DNA from: Cyanophora paradoxa CCMP329 | Lineage: Eukaryota > Plantae > Glaucophyta | NCBI GenBank assembly: GCA_004431415.1 | Contig: QPMI01000645.1 | Coordinates: 122,545-186,544, forward strand | Direction of reading: 5' to 3' | Length of the DNA stretch: 64,000 bases | Program-made: the position numbers and the translations under genes | Notes under the pieces: model-generated | What the model was told of the DNA's origin: nothing | What the model saw: the letters and a program-made list of their open reading frames with translations, nothing else | The model's database searches: none | Part shown: piece by piece, positions 44,142 through 56,491 of the stretch | How the letters are laid out: each line of letters starts with the position of its first letter | Position numbering within the stretch: the stretch's first letter is position 1

Positions 44142-44711
44142 ATGGAAGTCACAATTCCAGAGGTTCCTGAAGGCGCTGTAGCAATCCCGCTTGGTGGAAT
44201 TCGCAATCGCCGCAAAGTCATCATTGCTTATGCTCTTGTTTCACAGGAAGATGCTGATCGTGTGCTTGGATTTCGCTGGAGTTTAGATAATGGATACGCC
44301 AAAACCATCATCAATGGTAAGAAGGTAAGAATGCATAATTTCATCAGTGGCGAGTTGGAGAATGGTTTAACTGTTGATCATATAAATCTGAACAAACTTG
44401 ATAATAGACGCGAAAATTTTCGACTGGCAACAAAGCGGCAGCAGACTCTAAACCAGAATCGGCGGGTCACAAACACCAGCGGTTTCATTGGTGTTTCATT
44501 CAATCAGCAGCTTGGTAAATGGAAAGCATACTATCAGATAAACGGACATCGGAAACACATCGGCTACTATACTACTGCTGAAGCTGCTGCTAAAGCCAGA
44601 GACACCTATGCCCTTCATCATACGTCCGCCGAGGATAAGCCATTTCTGCATCTGAATTTTACAACCGAATCCTCTGGCCACCCATCGCATTCTTCATCTG
44701 CGACCCAGTAA
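44142..44711 (+). CDS. HNH homing endonuclease with AP2 DNA-binding domain
   Basis: VDHINLNKLDNRRENFR (HNH); NTSGFIGVS..KW..HIGYYTTAEAAAKARD (AP2). Confidence 0.92.
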   Translation: MEVTIPEVPEGAVAIPLGGIRNRRKVIIAYALVSQEDADRVLGFRWSLDNGYAKTIINGKKVRMHNFISGELENGLTVDHINLNKLDNRRENFRLATKRQQTLNQNRRVTNTSGFIGVSFNQQLGKWKAYYQINGHRKHIGYYTTAEAAAKARDTYALHHTSAEDKPFLHLNFTTESSGHPSHSSSATQ

Positions 44712-45291
44712 CATTTGGCTCGAAAACATTTGGAGTTGCAGGTTTTACTTCGGCAGAGTCAAGCGATTGCTCGGCTTTAGCTTTTTCGTTTTTCAGATAC
44801 CGCAAATCCGGCACGTCCATGGGTCTGTGCTTAAACATCTCGCTTCGCAACATCTCGCGGATCTTAGCTCTTTCTTGCTTATCTTTTACATATGATTCGA
44901 TATTAGCCGACCTCGCTTCTAGATCACGCAATTTGGCAGCCAACTCGTCAATCTGACTTTTTGACACTGTTGCTGTCTTGATTTTCGGCCCTGAATAACG
45001 TGGTTCAGACGCCATGGCTTGGATAATTCTAGCAGCATCATCATCAATATCGTACTGCATTTCAGATACAGTTTTGACCTGGCTTTGTCGGTCGTCAACC
45101 GCACTGGCATTAGCTGCTGCCGAGGCGATCGTTTTAGCAACGGGTGCATTAAGACGTGGGTCACTAGCTAGTTCACCGCTAGGAGCAGCAACAGCTGCGC
45201 CCTCTGTCGCACCACTTTCGATGAGAGGGGCGTTTGGCTCTGGGAGCACCCTTCGTTCACGAAAACCCTTTCTTGGAATCCCACGTGGCAT
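44659..45291 (-). CDS. Conserved viral coiled-coil protein, orthologue of 1576-2613
   Basis: Shared coiled-coil block and synteny. Confidence 0.75.
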   Translation of the reverse strand: MPRGIPRKGFRERRVLPEPNAPLIESGATEGAAVAAPSGELASDPRLNAPVAKTIASAAANASAVDDRQSQVKTVSEMQYDIDDDAARIIQAMASEPRYSGPKIKTATVSKSQIDELAAKLRDLEARSANIESYVKDKQERAKIREMLRSEMFKHRPMDVPDLRYLKNEKAKAEQSLDSAEVKPATPNVFEPNVTGSQMKNAMGGQRIRL

Positions 45292-45358
45292 CTTCTGTTC
45301 TTATGCTAAGATTTTAAAACGCTTCTTTTTAGAGATAACAGGCGAAGACTCTTCTTTT

Positions 45359-46057
45359 TTAGACTCTTCTTCTTGTCTTAGCCGAAGGGCAAGGAGCCCT
45401 CCTTGGCGACGCCCATTTAGAGAAACGAAAACTCTTATCTTCAACAGCTTTATCAACATACCAGGCAGTATCATACTTCGTTCCATCAAGGACTAGGCAC
45501 TGATAATCATGCGCCCAAGTCTCGAACAAAGCAATAAACTCATCTTTCGGGAGATGACTAAATTCTCTATAAATTGCCTCGAGCTCGGTATGATTAGAGT
45601 AACTGAAGAAAAAACAATAGTCGGAGTTCGATCTTATAGATTGACTCAATGCTGTAAGCTTTTGGTCATAAGAATCGTACTGATATTAAAATGACGACCT
45701 TGTGTAAAAAGTCGATTAACGGTCTTGCTATTTCGCAGATCAACAGTTTCAGAGGCAGCAACGAGATCATCCAATACAAGCAATATCTGCGGCGCTTTCT
45801 TTTGTTTTCAATCAAATTTCGCTGTGAATCAATGATTTCTGCAACGATAGATGGCTGAAAATCGTCGTAAAGCTCTTTAGTTATTGCAGAGTATTCACCA
45901 TTGAATTTGGTGGCCGTAAACACTACGACGCGATTGATCTTTGGATAAAGCAGTCGAAGCAAATGCTTTGTGCAATAGAAAGACTTCCCACTATTAGACT
46001 TTGAAATGAATAGGCTTTGAATGGAACCCTCATATCGCTAGGCTGGAACTGATCCAT
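45359..46057 (-). CDS. A32-family packaging ATPase (several frameshifts)
   Basis: Hand-read Walker A SKSNSGKS near 45981-46005; QGRHFNIS; SIRSNSDY. Confidence 0.85.
45381..45413 (+). repeat. Double-hairpin micro-insertion, copy 2 (30 bp, in frame in the ATPase tail)
   Basis: gcc-gaagggcaaggagccctccttggcgac-gcc. Confidence 0.75.
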
Positions 46058-46065
46058 CAAAAAAT

Positions 46066-46095
46066 AGTCGGCAGACAAGCTGCCTCGGCTGCGCC
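46066..46095 (+). repeat. Micro-insertion, copy 3 (internally rearranged), in the MCP-ATPase spacer
   Basis: agtcggcagacaagc-tgcctcg-gctgcgcc carries both ends of the 60-bp form. Confidence 0.65.
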
Positions 46096-46119
46096 CAACT
46101 ACCGAGATTAGCAGATTCT

Positions 46120-47506
46120 CTAGAGGTTAACTTTGCGAAGACCCGCAGCATCAACAATTAGGACAGTGTGCAGGAGAGCGCGAATTTGGACGTAAATCTT
46201 GTTGTTAGCATCATACGCAGCAGGGTTCATGATATTCAGGAAGCAGCTGCTCGAGTTCGTCAGATCTACGAAACCAGTTTGAGCAGCATTTCGGATCGAT
46301 TTATCCCCACTAATGCAAAATGGCAAACCAGTCAGAACATATCGATTAAGAGGCGCGTCGAGATTTGAGCACTTGAAGACATCAGCGATGAGTTCAGCAC
46401 CTTGCAATAGAGGAACAGGCTCGTTTGAATAAAGCCGCTGGCCATTCAATTCGCAGGAAATAGTGATATCACGAGTATTCGCCTCGGTTTTGAGGACACT
46501 GTGTTTTCCGTCAGTTTGGTTCATGTTTGGCTGTTTGCGAATGCTAACGAACAGACCGTAGCAAAGTCCACTGATTTGAGACAGATTAATCCGGGTGGGC
46601 GCTCCCGCACCAGCATATGTAATTGAATCAGCATCAACCCAGCCGACATCGGTAGCGGGAATGGCAATCCCCGAAGATTTGACTTTCTCAATCACCTGGG
46701 CAAAAGTGGCCTCATCAACATTGATGCAGTGAGCTATAATCTTCGGATTCGAAAGCTCGGGTTTTTCAGGAGTGACAGTGAGGACATTGGGAGTTATATT
46801 CTGGCCGATGTTTGCAGGGGATGCAGCAGCGGCTCCCACGCTCCCGAGTCCATCTTCTTTAGTCGCATCACCGCCTATGGCATATTCCGTTACAAACCTA
46901 CCACCATAGCTGGTCTCAACAAAGCCCTGGGCACGATCACGGAACCAAACCTCGACAGACACCTCGCCAGAAAGAGCACCAATTGGGAGCACAGAACCCT
47001 CCCATGGACAGGGGATTTTTACACTGAAAATACCTCCAGTGCGATTTGTCCCCTGAGGTGGTGTTCCATGTAGCCAGCCACCTGACCGGTATTTCTTTTT
47101 GAGCTGAGCATCATCATTGAAAATCAGAGCGCTGTGAACAAGCCAGTCCTCAGGACGATGTAGCTGTAGGAAGCATATTTGATTTCAATTCGCTTTACAA
47201 GAGCACCAACAGACCGCAGATAACCAGTGCGAACCAGGTCAGTGTCACCAGTAAAAGCGGTCAGCTCGGGCAGGGTAAACTGGAGTTCAAGCCCCTGAAG
47301 GAAATTGTAACGGGGTAGGAAATAAGTAACCCTCTTTCCGAAGCAGTCTCCATAGTCATTGCTAGGTTGACAACGACACGCACAGGCTTTGTTTGGCTGG
47401 TTAGACCTAACATAAGCTCGTTATTCATAAAGAAATCCTTAGCTTCCTGCGGAGTTGTGAGCAGCTCCTTTAGACCAAGACGTTGCAAGTTCTGGGTAAC
47501 ATCCAT
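46120..47506 (-). CDS. Putative major capsid protein (frameshifted)
   Basis: MDVTQNLQRLGLKE..; RINLSQISGL, NGQRLY, GAELIAD.FKCSN and GFVDLTNSSS shared with element 1. Confidence 0.8.
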
Positions 47507-47550
47507 TGAAGTGTTTATAATTCAAACGGAAGAAAATAATTCAGCGCTTA

Positions 47551-47630
47551 GCCGCCGGCGAGCCAGCTTGGCGCAGCGGTCGCTGTGCGGAGCACAAGTG
47601 GCTCCTTGCCTTCGGCTTGTCTGCGACTCT
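47551..47630 (-). repeat. Micro-insertion, copy 4 (61-bp long form, 47570-47630) with an abutting degenerate + strand copy, in the penton-MCP spacer
   Basis: Reverse complement of 51465-51524 with a 1-nt indel. Confidence 0.85.
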
Positions 47631-47636
47631 GGCGAC

Positions 47637-48592
47637 TCAGTTTGACGAATTGATCCAAGGATATGTCTTTGACCTTTTCTGGAGCTGAAGCTTGGCGAGC
47701 TCGTAGACAACATCGCCATTGGTTCATCTGGGCCATAACGAATTTCGAGTATAAATGAGACAGGACCTCCATTTAAATCAGCAATTCGCTGCATAAAATC
47801 GTAAATCTCAATAGTCACAGAGTAGAGGTCCAGCTTTGAATAAATATACTTGTACAAAGGATGTGCTTCAGTTGAATCATAGTATGCTATCTCGCCTGGA
47901 CGAAGGACGCTTGGAATGCTCAGCTTCGAGAAGAAGCCAGGTATTGACGTGTTCGGCATACTGACAAGGTCACCAATTTCAGGAATTCGTAGGAGCACAT
48001 GATCATCAGGAGTGACATCAGGCTCATAAGCGCCTGCTATATATTCAGTATTTATAGATAATGTCTTTGACCGAATCGGTAGAATCGATCTCAGCCCTAG
48101 AAGCTTTGCAGTTCGCTGAGCCCTTGCAACGGCCTGGTAGTTTCTGACTTCCCGCCCACCCTGGTTCGTTGGCAACATCAGAGCAATAAAGAACTCGAAG
48201 TTAGCTGTGAACCCTATTAATTTGATCGCTGAATTATACGTGCACGTGATACCTGTTCCCGTCAACCTTTCGTTTATCTCTGTCACAAGCGAGGTGACGT
48301 CGTAATTTCCAGGTGGAATTGCAATGTTATTCCACGCTCCAAATCCGGCCTGAGGTGGGTCGGGTCCTTCATTAGTGGGATCATATTTGCACCAATATAT
48401 ATAGGTGTTAAAGACTAAATCCTCTGCCGGATCGAGTACATCGATTGTGCTCATAGTGTTGGGGATCTCAGCTGATACCAAGCGCACGGCTTTCACATCC
48501 TGATAAACTTTAGGCAGTCTTACTTTAAATTTCGAGGTGGATGTCAGCTCCTCCGCTTGGTGACTTGCAATGCAGACGTAGTCCGTAGGCAT
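47637..48592 (-). CDS. Penton / minor capsid protein (1-nt indel near the C-terminus)
   Basis: VKAVRLVSAEIPN, YDSTEAHPLYKY; corrected tail GDVVYELAKLQL..YPWINSSN* matches element 1. Confidence 0.75.
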
Positions 48593-48619
48593 CTTTTTTA
48601 TATCAGTTAGAGAATAAAA

Positions 48620-49533
48620 ATGGTCAAAGACAAGCATCGACGCTGCGCCAGGCTTACCTTTGACAGCAGAGACAGAAGGCCAATCGATTCAGAGGCAAAC
48701 TTCGTGCTCGAAATCAATGAACCGATAATCAATCCAGTTGCTGTTCGACTAACCCAGTGTGAGTTCGCAAACAGCCTTTACACCAGCATTAAAGCTGAGT
48801 ATCTTTCCATCACCTTTCCCTACCTTGGAACGCAAAACGTGGAGGTGTTTGAGCCTGGCATAATTACGACTGCAAATCTGGGCGAAACAGATATTTACAA
48901 CTTTGGCCTATCATTTAATATTGAGCTAGAAGGATTTCAATTGCGTATTTTAAACTATTTCGAGACCCAGAGACGCTGAAAATGTCTGCGTATTGCAACC
49001 GTTCCTGCACACTGACCTGCCAGTTCAAAGCCTTATCGAATCTGCTCGGGCTGAACCGAAATGAGCCCTCCAGCTGTCTCCTATTGTGCTTGAAGGGCCG
49101 CAAAGACCAGCAACTGCAGCTGAGCGTATCTAGAGGTTGCTGGCATTCCAGTGACACCTGCTCACCCTGAGTACGGCGTGGATTTCACCGGAAGAATGCA
49201 GAGTATAGCACTTGGTTACGCCGTCGAATTTCCAAAGATAATCGACATGAACAGCGACCAGTACCTCTTCCTTGTCTGCGAAGAGCTACGGCCGTTTGCT
49301 TCGAAGCTTCGCCGTGGGCTAAATCAATGTGTAATTACGGGCTCGCTCGAATCCAGATGAGCCAGGATGTTGGCAAGTTCGTTTATATAAATCAGGAAAA
49401 TGACGGCGAGTGGATCCACATCGAAGAGCGCCTGGTGCTGACCTCTCTGCGACTGCGCATTGTCGACAGAGATGGTGATGACGTCTCTCTGAATGGCCTG
49501 CCTTGGTCTGGTGAACTGCAATTTCTAGTTTAG
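48620..49533 (+). CDS. Second penton-like protein (frameshifted)
   Basis: FDSRDR, TPAHPEYG, DMNSDQYL, LRPFAS, SLNGLPWSGELQF; orthologue of 6978-7910. Confidence 0.75.
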
Positions 49534-51003
49534 GTAACGTCCCCGGAAATCAAGCCGGAACGCGTTCACATTTATAAATTCGTTTGTTATAATTTGCACA
49601 TAGTTATACACCTGTGGGTGATCAAGTGCGAGTCACTATGCATTATATCGAAGCCTGTCATAGATGGTTTGCAGCAAGCACATTGGCTAGGACCGTATTT
49701 TCAAATAGTGACCGTCTCGTAAATATCCTAAATTGGTCAGAATGCTGAAATTAAATAGGACTCCGGCGGCAAAGGCTGGCCCATACATAATTATTTGATG
49801 TAGCTCAAAAGGCTTAGGAAACTCGACTTTGATCCAGGATTAGGTAAAGTGCCCCCTTGGAACCCTGTTGAGTTAGTCGAACGTGAGAAGGTGGGTGCAA
49901 TTCCTCAAAGTCGTTGCTTGTGATGTTTGCATCTGGAATTATAAACCAGTTGACATCAAATGGCGGCTCAACTGTTAAGGTAGACGATATGATAAGTCTC
50001 TCATCGTTCAGTAGGTCGTAGTTCGCCAGTAGAAAGCTGCAGAGTGCATTTATTTTAGCATTTATTTCGGTTTGTTTCAGCCATAAATCAGTCGTGGAAA
50101 TCAAATAAGAAATATTCGAAGGGGAGGCATCATCAAGCTTGCTCATAACTGCAGCTGGCAGCGGAACACTTAAACGCCAGTATCTAGTTAAATTTCTATC
50201 TGCATCAACTGGAAGCAGCTCCTGCATTTGAAAGTGCGATTCCAGCTCGCTCCCAGCCATTAGCATAGAAATAATTGGGCTGCCTGAGAGGGATAAGATC
50301 CAGCCCAGGGCGCCCCAGCCTGACGTCTCCGCATTCGAAAAGCCTGCAGTCAGTTGCTCACTGGCTTGGACCTCACCACAGCTGATGCTCACAAGAACAA
50401 TTGGATCCTCTGCATCATAAATTTGCTGGCGTGGCTTAGCGCTGCAACTGAGGGATTATTTAAACAGGCGATGGCCCCATCAACAAGGTTTTTGTCTCCT
50501 AGAACCTTCGGTGGAAAGAATGTTGGCGCTGCAGAAGATGCTCTAACTGCATCACGAATCAGCGTGCTCGAGTATGGCCCATCTTTGGTGAAAACTACGG
50601 GCTGCATCCGAACTGTATCAAACGCTGTAATTAATATGTCTTTGGTCGATTCTGCAATTGTGTAGTCTAGGGCAACGTCTGTGAGCACCGACTCCAGAGG
50701 GTTTCCATCATAGCGGCTTCCTGAGAGCAAGCTTGTGAGTGATCTCGGATTTGCGAATATTACAGGTAGGTTCGTTTGATATAAACTGAAGATATCACCT
50801 GCAGAATATCGATAAGCGAGAACAGAGCCTGGAGTTGATGGGATAGCCAAACCGGCCGCTATTATTGCCCCTGTTGAGGTGCCTGCAAAGAAATCAAACA
50901 GCTGTGGAATTGCTTTCCCAGTAATCGCCTCGATCCGCTGTAGAATTCGGGCAATGACTATGCCACGAGCACCTCCACCTGATAGTGAGAGAATGACCTT
51001 CAT
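49530..51003 (-). CDS. Patatin-like phospholipase with F5/8-like tail (frameshifted)
   Basis: GGGARG, GTSTG, ASSAAPTFF, DGA. Confidence 0.88.
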
Positions 51004-51027
51004 TTTTAAAAGGGGGCTTATATAAAA

Positions 51028-54000
51028 ATGTCCTACATCTTGAAGAAGCCAGTACCACTTCGTAAAGCTCCAGATTTTGTGGATGATCGGCATATAAATA
51101 TTCGCGTATTTGGGAGTACTCTAATTGACTACAATGCTGACAAAGATATACACCAGACTGAGTTTAATCGCCCAGCTGCATTAATTCTGCGCAACGCACA
51201 TGTTGGCGCCCCAGATATTGCACAGAGATTTTGTCTGGGTCCAGCTGAGAATTATGTTGCTGAAATAATCGGATCCAGGGCGTTGCCGCGGCACCTGCGA
51301 ATTGCCTCCTCAGGCACAGTTTCCAAATATGATTCTGGTAGATTAATCTTTAGGCTCCAAAATGATAGAGGGGTCCACACATCAGCTCTACGTCTAATTG
51401 ATGAATCCAATGCTGTCACAAACAAGACTGCGGCTCACATTACAGGGCGAATTCTCCTTGGCGAAGAGTCGCAGACAAGCCGAAGGCAAGGAGCCACTTG
51501 TGCTCCGCACAGCGACGCTGCGCCTGCTGGAATATCAGTGCTAGCATCGCAAATCCAGCCGTTTCCCTGGATCTACTTTTTACAGCTGCACGAGAAGCGA
51601 ATATTTATACGGTTTTGATGTAAATCAAATCGATACTGAGCCAGCCACCAGGTTAGATATTCCTGGATGCACCTTGGGCTCTATCCTGATTGAAGCTGAC
51701 AGGCACCTGCTCCCTGCGTTGCATGACAGCTACGATCTAGGGCTCCGCACCAGGCAGTGGCGAAATATTCATGGAACAAATATTTATCAGGATGGTAAGA
51801 AGGTTAGCACTGAAGAGGAGGTGATCAACATTTTCAACTACTACTTCGGACCTATTTCCCTATACCACCTATACCACCTCTTCCAGGCTACCGAAGCCGC
51901 CAACCCCGGACGGCCAGGTCGAGAGCGAGTTGCTGATGAAACATTCCTTTCGGTCAACATATTGTCAGTTGGAGCAAGTTCGCAATAAACCTATCTTCGA
52001 ACCGAAAAAGCAAATAGATGAACAGTATTTACCTCCTGAAATCGATATATTAGAGCTTGAAGAATACCAATTTGTCCCAGATGAGGAAGAGTATTTACCT
52101 GACGGTTTCGACCCGCAAGAGTATGAATATGATCAATATGACCCAATGAGGAAGAGTATTTACCCGATGGTTTAGATCCACAAGAGTATGAGTATGAACA
52201 GAACTATGAACCCCACGAGGATTATTTAGCAGATGGCCTCGAGCCTCCTGCTGTTGAGTATGCGCAGCCTTATGAACACCATGAGGAATTATTGCCAGAT
52301 GGTTTACAACCTGAGATTTTTGAGATGTACCTTGACTGGGAGCAGATCAACAATAAACCCGCGAGATATCCACCAGAGGATCACAACCATGACTGGGATG
52401 AGATCTTAGGTAAACCTGAAAATATCCACCTGAAGATCACAGGCATGATTGGGGCGATATTGATGGAATACCACCTGAGTTTCCGCCGGAAGACCATTTA
52501 CATATTTGGAGCGAAATACGAGAGCAGCCCACTTTTGCATCAGCAGGTAATGTTTTACTAGGAGATATTAACAATGGGGTAAGTCTCTACCAAAATATAG
52601 ACACACCAGAAAGATTACAATTAAATGATTACTATGTGAATCGCAAAGGAATCGATGCAGCACCACAATGGAAGGCGAATTATACATTAGACCCCCTACA
52701 AGAAATGGAATATTGGGACTTGGTGGTGGTATTGAAATTAAAGACACCAAACCAGGTATCTATCTTACCAGCTACTATGCAGATGACATCCCAATGACAG
52801 GAGGATTGATCTCTCTACCATCTGATCCAGCAAACTATGATGATAAAAACGCAGCAATCCAAATTAATGTTACTGATGTGAGTGATTTAGATTCATCAAG
52901 ACCGAAATTAATATTCAGCAGAGAGAGATTGTTACCAGATGCACTTTTGGGGAACCGAGATGACTATAAACAATGCGAGGTTGCATGGATTAAAACGAAT
53001 TATAATGGTGGAGTTGGTGAGGGAGTTTTAGAAATTAATCAGAGGGCAGCAGCAAAGAATATTCACAATGAGACCATATCAAGAGTGGTAACAGAGGATT
53101 ATCTGAGAGACAATGGAGCAACAATCATCGCAGGAATTGCTGTGGAGGGTGCTTACCTTCCTCTCACTGGTGGAACTGTCACAGGTGATGTTCATGCTCC
53201 GAATTTCCTTGTTGATACTCCAAATGCTCAGACATTTCCTGTTGTTCACCCAGGTGCTGAATATATATTAGATGCAAACACTCCAATTAGTAGAGTCGAA
53301 TTACCAACGAATTTCACCTTTAATCTTGTAGATGTGTTCCCAAACAGCCATAATCTCATGTATTTCTCTTCTGAGAATTACCTTTCAGGTGCATTTTCGC
53401 CATTGAACTCTCCATACCAAAGCAAAAGGTGAGCTACAAAGAACTCACAGATGTCCCGGCAGGATTTAGTGGTAAATGGACTGATATTACGGAGAAGCCA
53501 ACTTGGAGTAGTGTAGCATTCACAGGTGATTACTATGATTTATCAAGAATTCCCGATTTCACCACTTATATACCTCGTTGATTGATCAAAGTGTAATTAT
53601 ATCAGAATCTACACTCCCTTTCAATGGGACATGGATAGACTATTTACTAAACCGAATTTGCATGCTGTGGCTACAAGTGGTGACTACAATGATTTAACTA
53701 ACACCCCTACTGCACCGACCTTGCATGCTGTGCTACAAGTGGAAACTATAATGATCTCGTTAATACACCAAACTTGCATGCTGTGGCTACAAGCGGGAAC
53801 TATGACGATTAATTAACACACCCACTTCGCCACCTACTCACAATCACAGCATAGAGTTGCTTACGAATTTCGGTAATTATGTGAATGCAAATGCATATGT
53901 GCAACAGGGGACAGCGAATGTAGTCATTCCTGCCGGAGTCTATTACAAAGGGATTTTACCACAGTATCGGGAACCGTTACATTTTCTACCCCATATAATA

Positions 54001-54230
54001 GTGATCCAATAGTTAATGCTACTCTCGAAAATGATATTATCTTAACAAGTGTCAATTTTACAAACAGCATATATATCTCCGCTGAATTTGTGAGTGGGAA
54101 CCGTGTTGGTTTCAAAATAAATTCACTTGGATTGCTATATTTACTTGTTACTCGGACATCAATTATACGAATTGCCCCAAACGAAAGAACCCTTAAACTC
54201 CATTGGATTGCTGTCGACCTCTCCAAAACA
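51028..54230 (+). CDS. Fibre/spike protein, shorter orthologue of 9500-16237 (many frameshifts; end approximate)
   Basis: DSGRLIF, DLGLRTRQWRNIHG, acidic PDG repeats, AAIQINVTDVS module, AVATSGDYNDL repeats. Confidence 0.75.
51465..51524 (+). repeat. Micro-insertion, copy 5 (60 bp, in frame in the fibre gene)
   Basis: Encodes ESQTSRRQGATCAPHSDAAP, which is absent from the element 1 orthologue. Confidence 0.85.
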
Positions 54231-54266
54231 ATAATATTCTCACGTAATTATAAGAGCAATTTAAAG

Positions 54267-55212
54267 ATGACAACTGTATTCACGCCTGTGTTTTCTTTGA
54301 GTGCAAGTGCTGTCCACAATGTCCAACACACTGTTTATGATTATCTCCAAGCCACCCTTCGACTGAGACAGCGAAAACCGATTCTTTTAATGACCAAAGC
54401 ATACTCAGAGTCAAAGAACTCCGAGCTGACAAGGCTGATGGAGTCGTTAAAGCTACTCAAATGATCGTATCTAATCGACCCGCAATCTCTTCGGGCTGTC
54501 ACCAAAGAAAATCTATATGAAGGTCAACAGGATTCCAAAACGGCTTTTAATCCGGCTGATAGGAATTCGGCGGCTTTTCAAGTTTACAGTGGTGGGCATG
54601 GATGGGACTGGACTGAGTGTGAATGGGACAGTGACAGCGACTTCTTATGGGGCTGTGAGTGCAACCACTGGGACGTTTTCAGGTCTCTTGACAGAAATGG
54701 TGGAGTGAAAACAAACTTCTGTCGATTCAGGAGCAGATTCTGATATAGTTTTGAAGCGAAATAATACAACGATAGCCACCATCACAACTTCTGGTCTCAG
54801 TTTGGCGGATACTAAATATTTGAAGGCTAATTTTTACCCATCATGTCGTGTTTATCATGCAACATCTACTGCTTATACAGCTGGTCAGGTGATCAAATGG
54901 CAAACATTTACTACAATGTTGGGGGATGCTATAATTCAGCTACTGGTATTTTCACATGCCCTGTGGCTGGATGTATGTTGTATCTTTTGGTGCATATGCT
55001 GATTCATCTACCTGTGATGTTGTGTGTCGACACAACGTTCATCTACATTTTTAAGTCTTTTGAGTATAAAAACAACTTCAACACAAGGAGAAGCCCTGTG
55101 CAACATTTAAAGCCAATTCGGGCGATTACTTTGATGTTGCTGTGTCCCAAGGACAGCATCAATTATCGCAAGTCAACAGAGTTTCTGTGTTGCATTAATT
55201 TATGCAGTATAA
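54267..55212 (+). CDS. Spike-family paralogue C with C-terminal gC1q/TNF-like domain (frameshifted)
   Basis: MTTVFTPVFSLSASAVHNVQH..ELRADKADGVVKAT; YYNVGGCYNSATGIFTCPVAG; ends FCVALIYAV*. Confidence 0.65.
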
Positions 55213-55233
55213 TAAAATGTTTTGCTATAATAA

Positions 55234-55495
55234 ATGTCGAACATCTACCAAGTGGTTCTAACTGATACTGAAAAACTGGGAATGGAATACTGTGCCTACT
55301 CTGTTCAGGATTGGATCGATAATGCTGCTCATAATCGGGCGAGAATTGCGATTGATGAGATGTGGACAAAGAAGTTAAATCGTGTATTGCCGCTGGAATT
55401 CCGATTCCACTCACAAAGGAAGCGATTGTAGAGCAAGCGTTTGCAAGGGGACTGTTCGAAAGGCAAGCGAAATTCCTGTGAGTGCTCCTATGTAA
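55234..55495 (+). CDS. Small protein resembling those downstream of C1q-type fibres in tailed phages (frameshifted)
   Basis: VVLTDTEKLGMEYCAYSVQDWIDNAAHNRARIAIDE, recognised from memory only. Confidence 0.55.
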
Positions 55496-55625
55496 AGAAC
55501 TCGAATTCGAAGAATGAGAGATGGGTTAATTTTATTTTTCATAGATCATGCATAAGAAAGGCATGTATCTTGCATGTCCTTCTTGAAAGTCGTTTATTTT
55601 TCTTTCCTTCTTAGTAAAAGAAGCA

Positions 55626-56468
55626 ATGGTGAATATAATCGAGTTCAACTTCCAATATATTCCCTTGGATCCCCTGCTATGCACTTTCGCCAGCATGAAG
55701 TAAATGATGAGGTTCGTGGATTAGAATCCACAGAGAGACCCAATTCCAATGGTAACTCCTTTGATAAGAATTCGATTATTCGAGTTAAAGAACTTCGAGC
55801 CGACAAAAACTCAGGTGTGGTTAAAACAACTCGACTTCTTGTGACTAATGCCAACTTCTTTTCAACCTACCAATGGAGGCCCTGATGCTTACAGTGTAAA
55901 TCTGAAAGCTCTTGATTTCGATAAAAACACTGCTGCTGCTACAATTCGTTCAGGCGGTGCTTTTATTGGTGGAGGTTGCCGTGTATCCGGTCAACTCTCT
56001 TCATCTGTTTCGTTTAATGATGTCCCTGATACTCTCGATCAAAATGTAGAGAATCCACAGCGTATTAGATTATATACACCTGTTGCACAGCAACCATTTG
56101 TTCAATTTTACGTAGGTTATACAGTTACACTTGCAACCTCTGAACTAATTGAAGGAACCAAAAGAGTAATGAGAGGTCTCGCCATTCAAACGCCATGCTC
56201 TCTTTATGTAGAGCCAACAACAACCAGCCAGGTCACAGGTACTATTTCAGTGTGCAGGGATATGATCATTTCGGCACAGGCTTCTGTGTTTATAACAATA
56301 ATTTCACTTACGATTTGTTTGTTACAGACATTGGCAATATACTATAACAATTATCGGTTTGAGAACAGATATAGCAGCTGTTTCAGTTCTCAGAGGTGTT
56401 ACTCCTGATACTCTTTCAGTATCAGGGTTTTACAGGAACCAGATGTGATCGATGACCCCACTCCCTAA
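55626..56468 (+). CDS. Spike-family paralogue A (frameshifted)
   Basis: 5' region nearly identical in DNA to 16240-16500. Confidence 0.8.
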
Positions 56469-56491
56469 AATTATATATATGTTTAATATAA

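Noticed and set aside
47522-47636. Shared protein motif ESQTSRRQGATCAPHSD in penton and fibre
   Set aside because: In the penton it is read-through caused by an indel (true stop at 47637-47639); the shared item is the DNA hairpin element
51465-51524. Hammerhead ribozyme or tRNA
   Set aside because: It can form a multi-stem junction but lacks the CUGANGA/GAAA core and cloverleaf features
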